A stretch of 59,385 nucleotides of DNA, counting the filler, from Dugesia japonica (Eukaryota): assembly GCA_001938525.1 (NCBI GenBank). It is 5 parts of 5 records of this genome, joined end to end, with 100 filler letters (N's around TTAATTAATTAA, not from the genome) between each part and the next. Parts side by side here need not be neighbours in the genome. Positions count along the whole stretch, not along the records: positions 33,591 to 42,730 come from MQRL01563263.1; positions 42,831 to 59,385 come from MQRL01205430.1; 3 more parts are not named here. One strand, 5' to 3'. This document shows positions 39,650-52,554 of the stretch, one piece after another; the stretch's first letter is position 1; each line of letters starts with the position of its first letter. The notes under the pieces are model-generated. The model did no database searches, was not told the DNA's origin, and saw nothing but the letters and a program-made list of their open reading frames with translations. A program made the position numbers and the translations under genes.

Positions 39650-40879
39650 CTAAATAAATAAGTTGAGAATTCATTAAAATGATTTCTATGACATAGTGTT
39701 TATCAAGTTGTCAATTTTGACAAGATAAATATTATTTGGTTCTCGGAATTTATATTAGAGTCTATTATAAATATTGACTAAATATTATTTCATAAATTTT
39801 ACTGATGTTCTACATAATATAGACATATAAATTCACATATTTTATATTTTTATACTTCTACTTATTAGTTTTAGATTTTTAAATCTTTCATTCATTCAAA
39901 ATGTTTTATATAGTTAACTTATTTATATAATAGTATAATTAATTAAATTTCAATAAATTAAAAAGAGTAGATCAAAAATAGTTTCTTGTAAGATATCTTA
40001 ATGTTTCATGATCAGTAATAAACGGATTATAAAATCTCAAATAAATTAAAAAATGAATTTAAATAGTATTAAAAAATATTTTATTATTATGGCAATTTTT
40101 GTCAATAAAGTCAATTGCATCTTAAATCACTCAAAACTTGTTAATAATATGTAAACAAATCTTTGACTACATAAAAGTATCTTATTTTAAAATTTATAAA
40201 GTCAAAGTTGTCAAAAAAAATTCCTAAAGGTCAAATAATTTTTGATCAGTCAAAATCTCGAAAAATTATCAAATTAATCTACGTCACACTATAAAAAATC
40301 ACCCTTGTTTAATTAAATGCACTCAATTTTTTAAATTTATACTTTCATTAATTATCATTGGTAATTCTTAGATATTGAAATGATACCAAAAACCATTTTT
40401 TAAATATTTTAAAGTTCTTTGTTTTTGATTTTATAATAAAGCATGCATTTTTCTTTAATCAATATATAAGTAGTTTTTAAGTCTCTATCGATAAGTTTCA
40501 AAATAATTAACATTTAATAATAGCATTTTGCGCCTGTACAGTATTTTTAACATTTAAAATCCTTTATAACCTCTAACCAATACGTCAGATTGAAATTCTG
40601 AGATAGCAGTAATNNNNNNNNNNNNNNNNNNNNNNNNNNNNNNNNNNNNNNNNNNNNNNNNNNNNNNNNNNNNNNNNNNNNNNNNNNNNNNNNNNNNNNN
40701 NNNNNNNNNNNNNNNNNNNNNNNNNNNNNNNNNNNNNNNNNNNNNNNNNNNNNNNNNNNNNNNNNNNNNNNNNNNNNNNNNNNNNNNNNNNNNNNNNNNN
40801 NNNNNNNNNNNNNNNNNNNNNNNNNNNNNNNNNNNNNTTAAATGCTGCAAAGTACTATACTGAGCACTTTGTGATGATC

Positions 40880-42110
40880 AAAGCAAAGATGATGGAATAA
40901 TTGTTAATTGATTGTTTAAATGTTTCAATTTAAATGAAAACAAACAAGACTCCTGGAGGTGGAGTTAATTATGTTGGTCATCCTATCTCTGTCTTAGCTT
41001 ATGCGGATGACCTTGCTTTGGTTGCTTCTTAAAAAGCCTCACTTTAGGACATGGTTAACGTTGCTGTTGGCTTGGCTGACTGGTCTTCCTTAGAGTTTCG
41101 TTCTAATAAATGTGATTATCTCTTCTGTCCGGAGAATAGTTCGCTTGTTCAGGTTGAAATCAGAGGTCAAAGCCTTCCTAAACTTCTAAATAAGCATTCT
41201 TATTATTATCTTGGGTTGATTTTGGTCGTGGTCAGTTTCAGGATTCATCGGACATGCTTGAAAAATCTGTCAGAGATTTGGGGAAGATCACTAAATTTAT
41301 TCTCCATTCTTGGCAGAAGATTCAAGCATATACAACCTTCATTCATTCTAGGTTTACTTTTGCCTTTGGGAACTTCAACATTCCGGTGAGTAAGTTTGAT
41401 TCTTCGGGCTACACTGAAAATAGACTGGTGCTTAGACCTAAAGGTGTTGATAGACGTATTAGGGAACAGGTTATAACAATTCTATCCATCCCACTTAACT
41501 TTGCTTCTGAATATCTATACAGCTCCAAAAAACATGGAGAGTTTGGTTAATTGAAGCAAGTGGTGAGTATGTGATACAATCAATCATTCAGGGGTTCAAG
41601 ATGCTTTTTTGTAGAGATGTTATCGTTAGGAATATAGCTAAATATGACGTTACCCATGCTGCATCCAAACAGCTTAATCATTCAAATCTNNNNNNNNNNN
41701 NNNNNNNNNNNNNNNNNNNNNNNNNNNNNNNNNNNNNNNNNNNNNNNNNNNNNNNNNNNNNNNNNNNNNNNNNNNNNNNNNNNNNNNNNNNNNNNTTTGA
41801 TTTTCATGTAAGATTCCAGCGCAATGAGCTTGGAATCTGCCTTCAAATTGTTGATAACCTGTCTACAGAAAATTATCTGGTTTCTTTTAAGGATAAGGAA
41901 ATAGTGACGAATTCTTACACAACATTCTGAGTTGATCACATACTAGAAAGTGGAACGCTTAATTTAAACGTGGCCTCATCTCCACTTCAATTGGTGCGTC
42001 CCATTCTCGAATAGGCTTCTCTATTACGGGTCTATCTCTCAAGATTGTTGGCGTTTCATACATTGGGCGCGAACATGCACTCTTCCTGTAGGATCCAATC
42101 TAGGTCTCGA
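40880..42110 (+). mobile_element. Non-LTR retrotransposon relic, RLE type (NeSL/R2/Utopia-like)
   Basis: Motifs: ISVLAYADDLALVA, LEFRSNKC, YYYLG, LHSWQKIQAYTTFIHSRF, YLYSSKKHGEFG, WRFIHWAR. Frameshifts and stops. Confidence 0.85.
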
Positions 42111-42730
42111 AAAAATAGTCTGCAACTGTACATAAGTTGGTTAATTTAATATGTAGAGAAGGCATGTGCAACTTAGTGACCGTATTGCATCAAATCCGGG
42201 ACCTGATTTATAACTCAATTAAAAACAGAAAAGCGAAATTTTGAGGGTTATTTCAAGAAATGATGTTATAAGCGTATCAATCTTATAGAGAGAGAGAGAG
42301 AGAGAATAATTAAAATTATTTCAAACATGTGTAGCTACTAATAAAACTTCATTCTAATAAAATATACATAAAATTATATTTGTAAGCAGTATACAAAAAG
42401 TTCTGAAATTATTTTGAAGGTATGGAAGAATCATGCGTTGCACATGGTTAATCTAGAGTTGATAGAGAAATTGAAATTATAATTTATTAATAAATTATTA
42501 CATATTGTAAATATGATCACTTAAAATTAATAAAATAAATAAAAGATTTTAAATGTTGAAAACATCTCACAATATAAATGTAAAAATAATTATTAACAAT
42601 TATAAAGTTGTAATTATTTCTATTGAAAATTTTAAATTTAAATATATAATTGGGTTTTAATATGAAAATAAATTTGTAATTACAATGGAACATCTCAAAC
42701 GTGACCGTTTTTTCGGTGTTGATCACATTT

Positions 42731-42830
42731 NNNNNNNNNNNNNNNNNNNNNNNNNNNNNNNNNNNNNNNNNNNNTTAATTAATTAANNNNNNNNNNNNNN
42801 NNNNNNNNNNNNNNNNNNNNNNNNNNNNNN
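42731..42830. other. Artificial 100-nt contig spacer
   Basis: 44N-TTAATTAATTAA-44N. Confidence 0.95.
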
Positions 42831-43053
42831 CAAATATTTCTTCATATGTCAATTTTCTTTGTTTTTGATCCATCTGACCGTGTTCATTGAATTGACAAGA
42901 AAAAATATCAAAAATAATATTTCAAAAAAATTTTTTCTTCCAATTAAAACTAATCATCTGTCTCCGACCACACACCGCTCATCCACTTCAACAATTACCA
43001 AAACTCCAGTTCTCTTTGTTCCCGAGAAAAACCCATAAACCATAACTTTCCAC

Positions 43054-43474
43054 GTTACCATAGCAACCGTAGCATTCTTCGTCACCAAGCTCAGAAGAAA
43101 AATCTATTTACTTTACAAAATTAATTTCTCTAAAAACTATGTCGCAGCTCACTCAAAAACATAGGAGGACAGATTTTTTGGAACCCTATATCCTCACCAC
43201 CTACCAAATAAAATTTTAAAAAATCATTTTTAATCCGTCCATATTTTTCTCGATTTTTCACATTTTAAAACTTCCAAATTTCTAAAAAACATTTTTTGAT
43301 TTTTCAAATAAAATTCCCAAAAAAATAACAACAGTTGCCATGGATATGGCTACCTTGGACACACATTACGCAATCAGTTTCCGCGCACTAGCACCCTCAG
43401 TTACCGCGCAAAACATTTTTCCACTACCGCGACGGTTGCCATGTAAACTGTGCCGCGACGGTTGCCATGCCTAC
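43054..43474 (+). repeat. GC-richer segment with four X-box-like motifs, probably within a repeat element
   Basis: GTTACCATAGCAAC (43054), GTTGCCATGGATAT (43334), GTTGCCATGTAAAC (43435), GTTGCCATGCCTAC (43461). CCGCGACGGTTGCCATG is duplicated. Confidence 0.6.
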
Positions 43475-45889
43475 TGTCGCGATTACGGTTCCAATTCCGT
43501 TGACATCGATACGATCGCGTTTATCGTTCCTTGTTTACGGTGACTCCCCCCTCTTCCCTCGTGTCCTCCTTTTCCACTATTCTGCTGACATCTTATTTAA
43601 CCTAAAAGTCTCTATCAAATATATTGTTTAATTATCAAATTTGAGATACTTTTTATTTTTAATTAATTATTAAAAATAAAATAAATTTTAACTTTTTTCA
43701 AAATTAATTTGACAATGTCAAGTTCTTTCCATACATATCAACAGAAAGTTTTAATTTGGATCGTACATGAATCAATGTTTTGGAATAAAATTGGAGAAAA
43801 TATCTTTTTATTTTTGTCAGTTAATCATCCTCTGGATTTTTTACCTTTATTTTTAAATTCGTCAAAATTCGGTGACGTTAGATGATGATTTTCTGAATTA
43901 GTGAAACATTCTCTATGGAATAATCTTTGTTTCGTTACAAACAGAAAAACTTTCAAAAATTCTCGAAAAATCATGTTTCTCTTAATTTAATCAGTACCCA
44001 AAAGGATTTGGTAATTTTTAACTAGGCCAGCATGATTAGCGGTAAATTTCTATCAATTAAATTAGTTTTTTATAAATTTGAGAAGAAATTTTTTTTAAAA
44101 ATATATATTTTTTGGCTAGAAATTCTGAAACGTCATTTTGAATTGATTTATGTAAGAATCTTGACAAAAAAAACTTTACGAAATTGTAAATGTTATCTTC
44201 AATTCCCATAAAATTTAAATTATTTTAACAAATTGGTCTATTTCCCACGAATTTCTGTAAAAGATTAAACGCAAACAGACTAACACGAGGAAAGTTTTTA
44301 CCAAAAATCACCCAAAAATAAGCTGTCTTGAAGAATTAATTTATTTTACCTTTTGCACATTGTATAGTACAAATCATTTATTCATCTGTTGATGTTAAAT
44401 ATTCACATTAATTTTTTCCAACGTGTTGTCTTAATAGAATTCTAAAAAATTCTTTTTCATGATACGATAAAATGTCAGGCCTGAAGGGGTAAATAAATTT
44501 AATTTCAAAATATTGATTTAAAAATTTTATTTTATGGTTAAACGGTAATTTAATTTATTACAAATAAATGTTAATTACAACGTGAGCTAACATTAAAACT
44601 AAATTAAGAAAATATATCCTGGTAAAAACAAAGATTATTAAAAACATTTTAATGAAATGTTACTTTTTCGTATTTGTTAGGAATTCATTTGTTTCCTCTA
44701 CTGTCATCTTTGTTTTATCAATGTATTCTTTCAAAGCATTTTTATTAGAATTTATGCCGGTCAATAACTAAATTATTAACAATTATTTTCATGCTAATTA
44801 GGAATATTGATATCAGTAAGTGCATACTAATGCACTGAAACGGGGTATTTACACTAAGAACATTAACACCCGAAGTGTGATTTTTCAAATCTTTAGCACC
44901 AATTTTCTAACTTAGAGAGTAAATAATGATGTTTGTCAGCTTAAATGTGAATATTCACACTTCATTTGACCTCAAATACATTTTTTAATCGATTATACTA
45001 ATAAGAAAAGATTCACAACCTTTTTATTTTTATTAAAAATTTAAAGAATTACGCATTGAGCATAACTTTATAAAATACATTACTATTATTATTATTATTA
45101 TTATTAATAATAATTATATCTCAAAATAAGATGAAAAGTCTCAATTTTTAAGAATTTTACACGCGTCCCATAGAGTTTTTAAGAGAGTCTTGATTTTTAG
45201 AAAGAATGGTCGACTTAATCTTTGAATGTATCATATTTGTAAATTATGTTTGTGTTTAAATCTTAAAAATATATTAAAATACTATTTTTGCGTTCTAACT
45301 TAATATAGACCAAATTTTAATTCAACCCCTCTCACAGGTTAATGATGTCTCGTTTAATGAATAATAAAATCTGGAAGAGAACCTCATCCCGGTCAATAGT
45401 GTCCTGCTTTAGGAATGTTAAAATCTAGTAACTTTAATCTAACATTCTAAAAAGATTTATTTACATGATGACAAGTAATGTAAACATAGCTTTTAACATT
45501 TTCTGTAATTCCAATAATATCCATCTTTATAATATGAGCAGAAAATATTTTCCTGTATGCATATATGATTATGCTCATCTGAGTTATAATAAATAATTAA
45601 AGGCCTCAGAAAATATTTTTGAGAGTATTGATTTTCTTTCCATTTACTGAAGTAGGTTGATTGGTAAGCATGACGCAACGATTTTGCTTGATAAATTCAA
45701 AAATTCTCTTACCACTTGCTGATCGATATATTGACTATTGATTTGATTGAATTTTTATTCTGAAATGTTATTAAAAATTTTTAACATGCGATTTTCAGTG
45801 ATTATGTGTGTTGCGTCTGTGTTGCATCTCCATTGTATTAATAAATATTTTTACATATTTTTATTTAATACTTAAAATCTGTTTACATT

Positions 45890-46150
45890 AATAAAATATT
45901 TATTAAAAAATTTTTCAAAAATAACATTCAGTATTTATAATATTCATTATTTGAGTTTATAGGTGATTTAATTGAGATTTTAGAAATAATTTTCGTGGTT
46001 TCGTAAATTTAAACATTGCTAAAAGGTATGCATTTAAAAACCATAAAAAACATCATTAACACTTATATAAAAATAAGACATTGATGAGACGAGAATTAAT
46101 GAGTTATTCAAGGCTTTATAGCAGCATTACTACAAATAACATAAAAGGAG
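45890..46150 (+). pseudogene. Decayed second copy of the Polinton small core-like ORF
   Basis: EFIGDLIEIL...GFVNLNIAK...KNHKK...KNKTLMRR...QGFIAALLQI aligns with YFIDDLLEII...GNVDLSAAK...NKHKN...KNRKLMMR...NGFIAALLPI at 55038-55365. Confidence 0.7.
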
Positions 46151-46529
46151 CATCAAATAAACAATGGTTGCTTTTGAGAAATATATAAATAAACAATGGG
46201 TGTATTGAAATCAATACCTAATTTTGACCTAAAATTAGCGTCATATTCTTTTAATAGAGAAACCAAAGGAAATTTAGATGGCTTCCAGAAACATAGCAGG
46301 TTTTGTAGCGTGGTAAAATCTATGAAAATGACTCAAAAATTGAAAAGAAAGATGAAAACGTGGTTATCAAGTCAAATAGCTTACAGTCTGAACAAGTGGA
46401 TGCTGAAAAAAATTCCAACAATAGTATATAAACATATTTAATACTATTTAATAATAATTTCAATAGATATTGGATTGTTGAAATGTTACCACTAACAAAA
46501 AGCAACACAAACCAAAATCCAATTATGTA

Positions 46530-49500
46530 TGTTATTAAAGATTATGAAGATAATATTATGTAAGTGAAATTCGATGAATAAAAAGTCATTTGTGATATAA
46601 ATTGAAATTAAATTCAATTTATTTTGAAATTTAAAAAATAAAAAACAAAAAATATTAAAATTTTGCTTTAATATTGATAGTTATGAAATATAAATTTTAA
46701 TTTAACTATTAATCGTATCTTTTAATCAAGTCGATTTGAGAATCTAACATGGCGTCACGTGAGCAGCACACAATCATTCAAACGTTCATATTTAAGGAAC
46801 GGAAATCTAAAGTATTCGTGTTCAAATAAAATAGGGAGAACCTTACAACGATCAAAGAGCCCCTTAATGCAGTGAAAGAATTCGTTAAACTATATGATGA
46901 TTCTAGCATCACTAAAAGCAAGAAGAAGTCATATTTCTTAAAATACTATGTCAAAGATCTCATAAGAGAATTTAGATGCGATCCAAAATTTGGCAAATCT
47001 AAGCATACCATGGAAAGCTGCGAAGAGTTTTTAATAAACCTCTGCAAAGTCAAAAAGGCAAAGATAAGTTTGACAATGACCGTCTTTGAGATAAGACAGG
47101 AAAAGAGTGAATCTATAACGGATAATACAATCTCCTAATATTAATGAAATTAAGGAAGAAATCTTAGTTAAGGCATTTATGAATGGGTGGATTACCATGC
47201 AAATGGCAGTAGTATTAGAAAGGTTTAAGCCTAAAATGCTAGATGAGAATTTTAAAGCTTTAAAAGATGAGAAACCTAATGACAAACAGAAAATTTTAAT
47301 TTTCAATATAAGGTACGAGATAGACACAATTAAAGCCTTGAAATTAGAAATAGAGAAACTCAGGAGAGAAATACAAGAATTAAAAGCATATAAAAAACCC
47401 GAAAAGAGCTTATTCAAACAACGAACTAAACAAAGAAAATAAACTAGCTTATAACCAAGTGAAAAAAAGAGACCAAATCAATAAGAAATATTTTAAATGA
47501 GGAAAAAGACACATTGCGCGATTTTGCGGAACCAAACAATGTTTTCAATGTAGACAAAGAAGTCACATAGGCCGATTTCGCTAAAAAAACAATAAATTAA
47601 GATTCTATTGCAAAAATGATGAGAACACAAGTGAATATAATTTAATAAGCATTACAGAATCAGAGAGCCACGAAGAGATTCAAAACTAAACAATAAGTAT
47701 AACAGAAAAGAAATGGAATAAAGAAAAATCGAAAGAGATTATAAAAAATCTAAAACTGTCAATAGAAAAAGAATAAGTCAACTTCATAAACGACTAAGGG
47801 GCAAAACCAAACCAACATTTAAAAAGATATGAACCAACAGTCATCTCTTACTCCAGACAAGAAAAAGCAAGAACAAAACCGTTTGTTGAATGCCAAGAAG
47901 CAGGTTTAACAATGAAAACTATATTCGATACAGATGCTGACCTTGATGTCATAAACCAGGAGGTAGCAGAGCGTATAAGAAAACAGAATCCAGCTGTTAA
48001 AATTTATCACTCAACTACAAAAGTAACCTGTGCAAATGGAACTACTGAAAACTGTCTAGGTAAAATTCAATTGAATGTAGCAATCGTGCCGGTAATAACA
48101 GCTCATGTCTTCGATATCACGCCAAATATTCCCCCTATTTATTTATCGGGTTAAGAAGTATGAAAAATATGAAGTTTTAGTGGACACTGTCAACGATGGA
48201 ATATAAATGCAGGGTGTCAAAAATTCTTCTGTTCAAAAATATAGCAGCTGAGTTAATAAAAAACTAGTTCCAATCGTATTGAGTCAAAGTGCTTGAATCG
48301 GTAGAAATGAGACTCATGATAATAATTATAATTATCAAAATTATAGAGTCATTGTAGCAGAGAATGTTAGTATAAGTGATGAAAGAGACTATTTTGTGAA
48401 AGTTATGGTGATAAATGAATCAAAGCCGAGAGTAAAAGATATGAATGAAATGTTTTTATTTACAGGAGATAAAAGAAAAATGGCAGAAAGAAATCTCGTG
48501 GCCACCAGTAATCTGGTGGTTTAGTGAAAAGCAACGATGGATATATATGGTCTAAAATTTTCATGCTTGAAGAAGGTAATATGAATATCCATACAGGAAC
48601 GACATTAAGATACACTGAGACAATTCAGCCACAAACAGTAAACAAACGATTAATTAATAGTCTAACAGAAAATGAAATTAATAATGTGAAAAGTCTGGTT
48701 AACAAGATTTTTAAAAAAGTTTAAAAAAAGTGATTGGAGAAATTAGCTTAGAAAACGTTAAAAGCACAATAGCAGTTTTAGAAAGAAACGCAATACATAA
48801 TGCTATTGATGCGAACAATGCACGATCAAACATTTTGAACCTCAAATAAAATAAACGTTAAAGTGTTTCCCAAAAAATCAATTAGGGGAAGAAAATCATT
48901 CCAGTCAGAAAAGGTATTGAACAATATCAAAGATGATAATAAAGAATGCCAACAAAAAAATGATCCAAATATCAAATTAATACTCAAAGCATTAAAGGAA
49001 GGGTACAACAAGATAAAATAAATTGAAAAGACAAGTAAAGCACAAATATACCGGGATAAATGAGAACAATTAAGAATACGAGGAGCACTTCTATATTTGG
49101 AGAAAAATAACGACTATTTTATGGTAAAGCCGAACCACAAAAGAGAAGAAATTATATGGAAATACCATGAATTTTTGGGTCACACTAGAAAGGAAAAAAC
49201 TGCAGAAGTCTTACAAGGAGAATATTACTGGGACTCATTATCAAAAGATATGCAAAATATAATTGCTTAATGTAATCCATTTAAAACTACAACAAGTATC
49301 TTAATGGAAGGATTAAAGCACCATTGCAAAGAATCACTGGATATGAACCATTTTAGATTATATGAATAGATATTACATGACCATTCAAACAAATGAAGGA
49401 AAAATACAAATATATCTTGGGTGTGATGGACTATTTTTCAAAATATGTCAGTTTGATTCAACTAAGAATAACAACTTCTGAAATCATATGTGATGTTCTA

Positions 49501-50069
49501 TGGGTACATTGGATATCTAAATTTTGAATGCCAGAGAAAATCCATTCAGATTAAAGAAGTAATTTTTGCTCTGGATTATTCCAAGAATATTGTAGAATAT
49601 TAGGAATACAGAAGAAATTTACGTCATCATACTACCCTCAATGCGGGGGGTTGGTAGAAAAACTATTTAGAACATTGAAGCCCATGATAAACGCAATTAT
49701 AGAAGACAGAGAAATCAAGGACTATAGCTCGATACTGTCTTTATTAGAATATGGCATTTGAAATACAATACATAAAACAACCCGATATTCACCATAAGAA
49801 ATCCTGTTTGGAAGAAGACCAAAAATTGGCCTATGGAATACCTCAAATATTAACAAAGACAAACCAAAATCAGAAGAATACGTAGAAAACATGAAGCAAA
49901 AAATAAAAATAATACATAAAAAAGTTTATCATGACAATATTGAATATCACAATATTTTGAAGCAAGAGAATTACAACAGAAATCGATGGAGCAATGAGAT
50001 CTTTTTGGGAGACAAAGTGTTAACCAAATACCAAGAAAATGGAGCTCTTAAACTAAAGAAAATCAAGCC
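46530..50069 (+). mobile_element. Ty3/gypsy element: 5' LTR (46530-46749), PBS, gag with two CCHC relics, protease, integrase; RT/RNase H deleted; 3' end cut by a hAT
   Basis: TGTTA...TAACA then TGGCGTCACGTGAG. GKRHIARFC..CFQCRQRSHIGRF (knuckles); IFDTDADLDVI (PR); AAAAAACTAG at ~48259. YHEFLGH, YILGVMDYFSKY, PEKIHSD, YYPQCGGLVEKLFRTLK (IN). Confidence 0.88.
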
Positions 50070-51225
50070 TAGGGAATCCAATACCAAGATACCATAATAC
50101 CGGTCAATTTTTTACGGCATTAAATACCGGTATTCAAAGGTTAAATACCGGTATTTCGCTATTTCAATCTTTACTTTTTTTAAAATATTGTTTATTTATA
50201 TTTTTATCATTTATCTACTTTTCTCAATTTTGATTGCTTTCTTAAATATTGATAAACTAACTTACAAATTTTTTGTGTGATTTTTATTGTGAAAATTTTT
50301 AAACAGCACAACTTTGGTAAGTTTATTTAAATTATTTTTAAATATTAAAATTTTTATTAGCTATATATAATTTTTATTTGTTTTTTAAATAATATAATTT
50401 AGCCTATGGAGAGTCCGAGAAGAAAGTTTGTTCATCATTTAAAAAGCAGAGATGAAAATTCAGTCTAATTTTTATTTTCTCAAAGAAGAAAAAAGAGGTA
50501 ACGCAAAATGCAAGCAATGTGCAAATATTATAAAAACCGCAGGTGGCTTGACAAGTAGCATCCATGCACATTTAATGACCAAACATGAAGTAATATCACG
50601 AAATCGAGTTGCTGTTGAATCTGTAGTTGAATCTAGTTCAAAATATGATGAGTATTCTACAAAAATTACAAAATATTTTAGAAATACCAAGGACGACTCA
50701 CTAGCAGCGATCCTAGCTAGAATGACTGTACGTGATGGGCTTTCATTCAGAATTTTTATAACATCCTATGATCTTCAAAAATCACTGGAAGCATTAAATT
50801 TCAGTGATAAACTTTCAAATCCGCCACCACGATACAGAAAATCGTCATAAATTATAGCGAAACCATTCGTCAAATATTTATTATTGAAATATCTGATTGT
50901 AAATTAAAAGGAAAGAGATTTAGTATTACTTTTGATGAGTGGACCTCTCTAAGGAATCGTCGATACATAAATGTGATTGTCTATTCAGAATCAAAATTTT
51001 GGAATTTAGCATTTCTCTGTATCAATGAAAGTAAAATGTGTTTCAGTTTTAAATGAAAAATTGAAACATTTTGGTTTGTCGTTGGAGAAGAATTTCGTTA
51101 GTTAAACAAATGATGATGCTAGCGCTTTGCAGAAAGTAGGTAAATTAGTACCGACTACTCAGCAATTGTGTTTGGCCTATGCGATACAACTTGCAGTCGT
51201 AGATGTTCTTTATAAAAAAGATACA
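50070..51225 (+). mobile_element. hAT transposon 5' part with degraded transposase
   Basis: Terminus TAGGGAATCCAATACC with repeated AATACCGG subterminal motifs. BED finger AKCKQC...SSIHAHLMTKH; RFSITFDEWTS; QLCLAYAIQLAVVDVL (CxxH motif decayed). Confidence 0.9.
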
Positions 51226-52244
51226 ATGTTCAAAACTTTATTTTGCATTGAATACTATTATTTACACGATCATCCAAAACGTTTTCACTGGGACATTTGT
51301 AGATCAAGGTCGACTGTTCCAGTGCGCTAGTATCTTTTCCGAGAAAAACAAGCATATTCGCATAACACACCTTATAAGAAATATGTTAAGTTCTTAATTC
51401 GAAGTTCTAAAATACCAAATCTGTTATTTTATCATTTGTATTTCCAGAAAAAATAATTTTTCGTCCCCGATGAGACATGACACATAGGAATTTTCTATCT
51501 TTTGAACTAAGCATATTTTTAGCAAATACTATACAAAATATGATCAGAATTTTATTCAAAATTTTCAAGATTTATAAATCTATAAAACAAGTCAAAGTAT
51601 TCCCATGAATATTCCAGTACCTTTTCCCAGAAAACGAAGAATATTTTTACAGCAAACCCTGTACAAAAAATATTCACTTTTTAATTTTAAGACGATCAAT
51701 ACCAAATTCATACAGCAAAATGCGACGAAAAAAATTAAAAAACAAATTTTCAATATTCAACTGTCTTAACTCGAATTCGAAAAGATTTGTCATGTTCATA
51801 ATGTCCAATTAAAATGTTACAATATTGTTACTTAATTTTGTGTGATGCATGTAAAAATTACTTCCAAATATATTTTTAATGATTTTATGAGATAAAAAAT
51901 TATTAGACATGTGATTAAAAATTATTGGACATGTGATTTTAAATGATGTATGTTGCTCATATGTTGAATATGAGTTGCATCATTATTGCAATAATAATAT
52001 TTTTTAGTATATTTTAGTGGTTTGAATAGTTTAAAAAATTTATAGAGGCAACCTCTCTATTTTTTGTGCGAATGTCTTTTGCAATTATGTTGAAACCCTA
52101 TTGTTAGTATATTTATTTAATACTAATAAAAAACCAAAGGGGGGAGTCTCTGTATATTTTTATTATTAATTATACAAAGAGCTGAGTTCATGTATATTAT
52201 GATAAAGTAATCAAAGAAGACATTCCGTGTTTCTTTTAATAAAT

Positions 52245-52392
52245 TTCATTAAGTGTAGAACTTTTTAAAAAAAGAAATTATTAGGGTATAACTTTAAAAA
52301 AATTCTTTACAGTGGAACTTTTTATAAAAATAATTCATTACAGTGGAACTTTTTATAAAAGTAATTCATTACAGTGGAACGTTTATAATAAA
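52245..52392. repeat. ~30-nt tandem repeat, about 5 degenerate copies
   Basis: AATTCATTACAGTGGAACTTTTTATAAAA units. Confidence 0.8.
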
Positions 52393-52554
52393 GTTCAAAC
52401 AGTTGAGTCTTTGTGATATTTTCATGTTAAAATATATCTATAAAAAAACTTCAAACATGGGAGTCTTTGTGATATTTACATGATAAAACTTTTCTTTACA
52501 AGATGATAAAAACATAGAAAAGTTTTCATAAATAATTAATAAGTCTATAAAAAA

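Noticed and set aside
45493-45678. LRHAY resembling a tyrosine recombinase motif
   Set aside because: There is a stop just upstream and no other catalytic motifs are visible.
47912-50069. Gmr1-like PR-IN-RT domain order
   Set aside because: The PR-IN interval keeps pre-RT spacer and post-RNase H linker-like sequence, which fits an internal deletion of a standard gypsy better.
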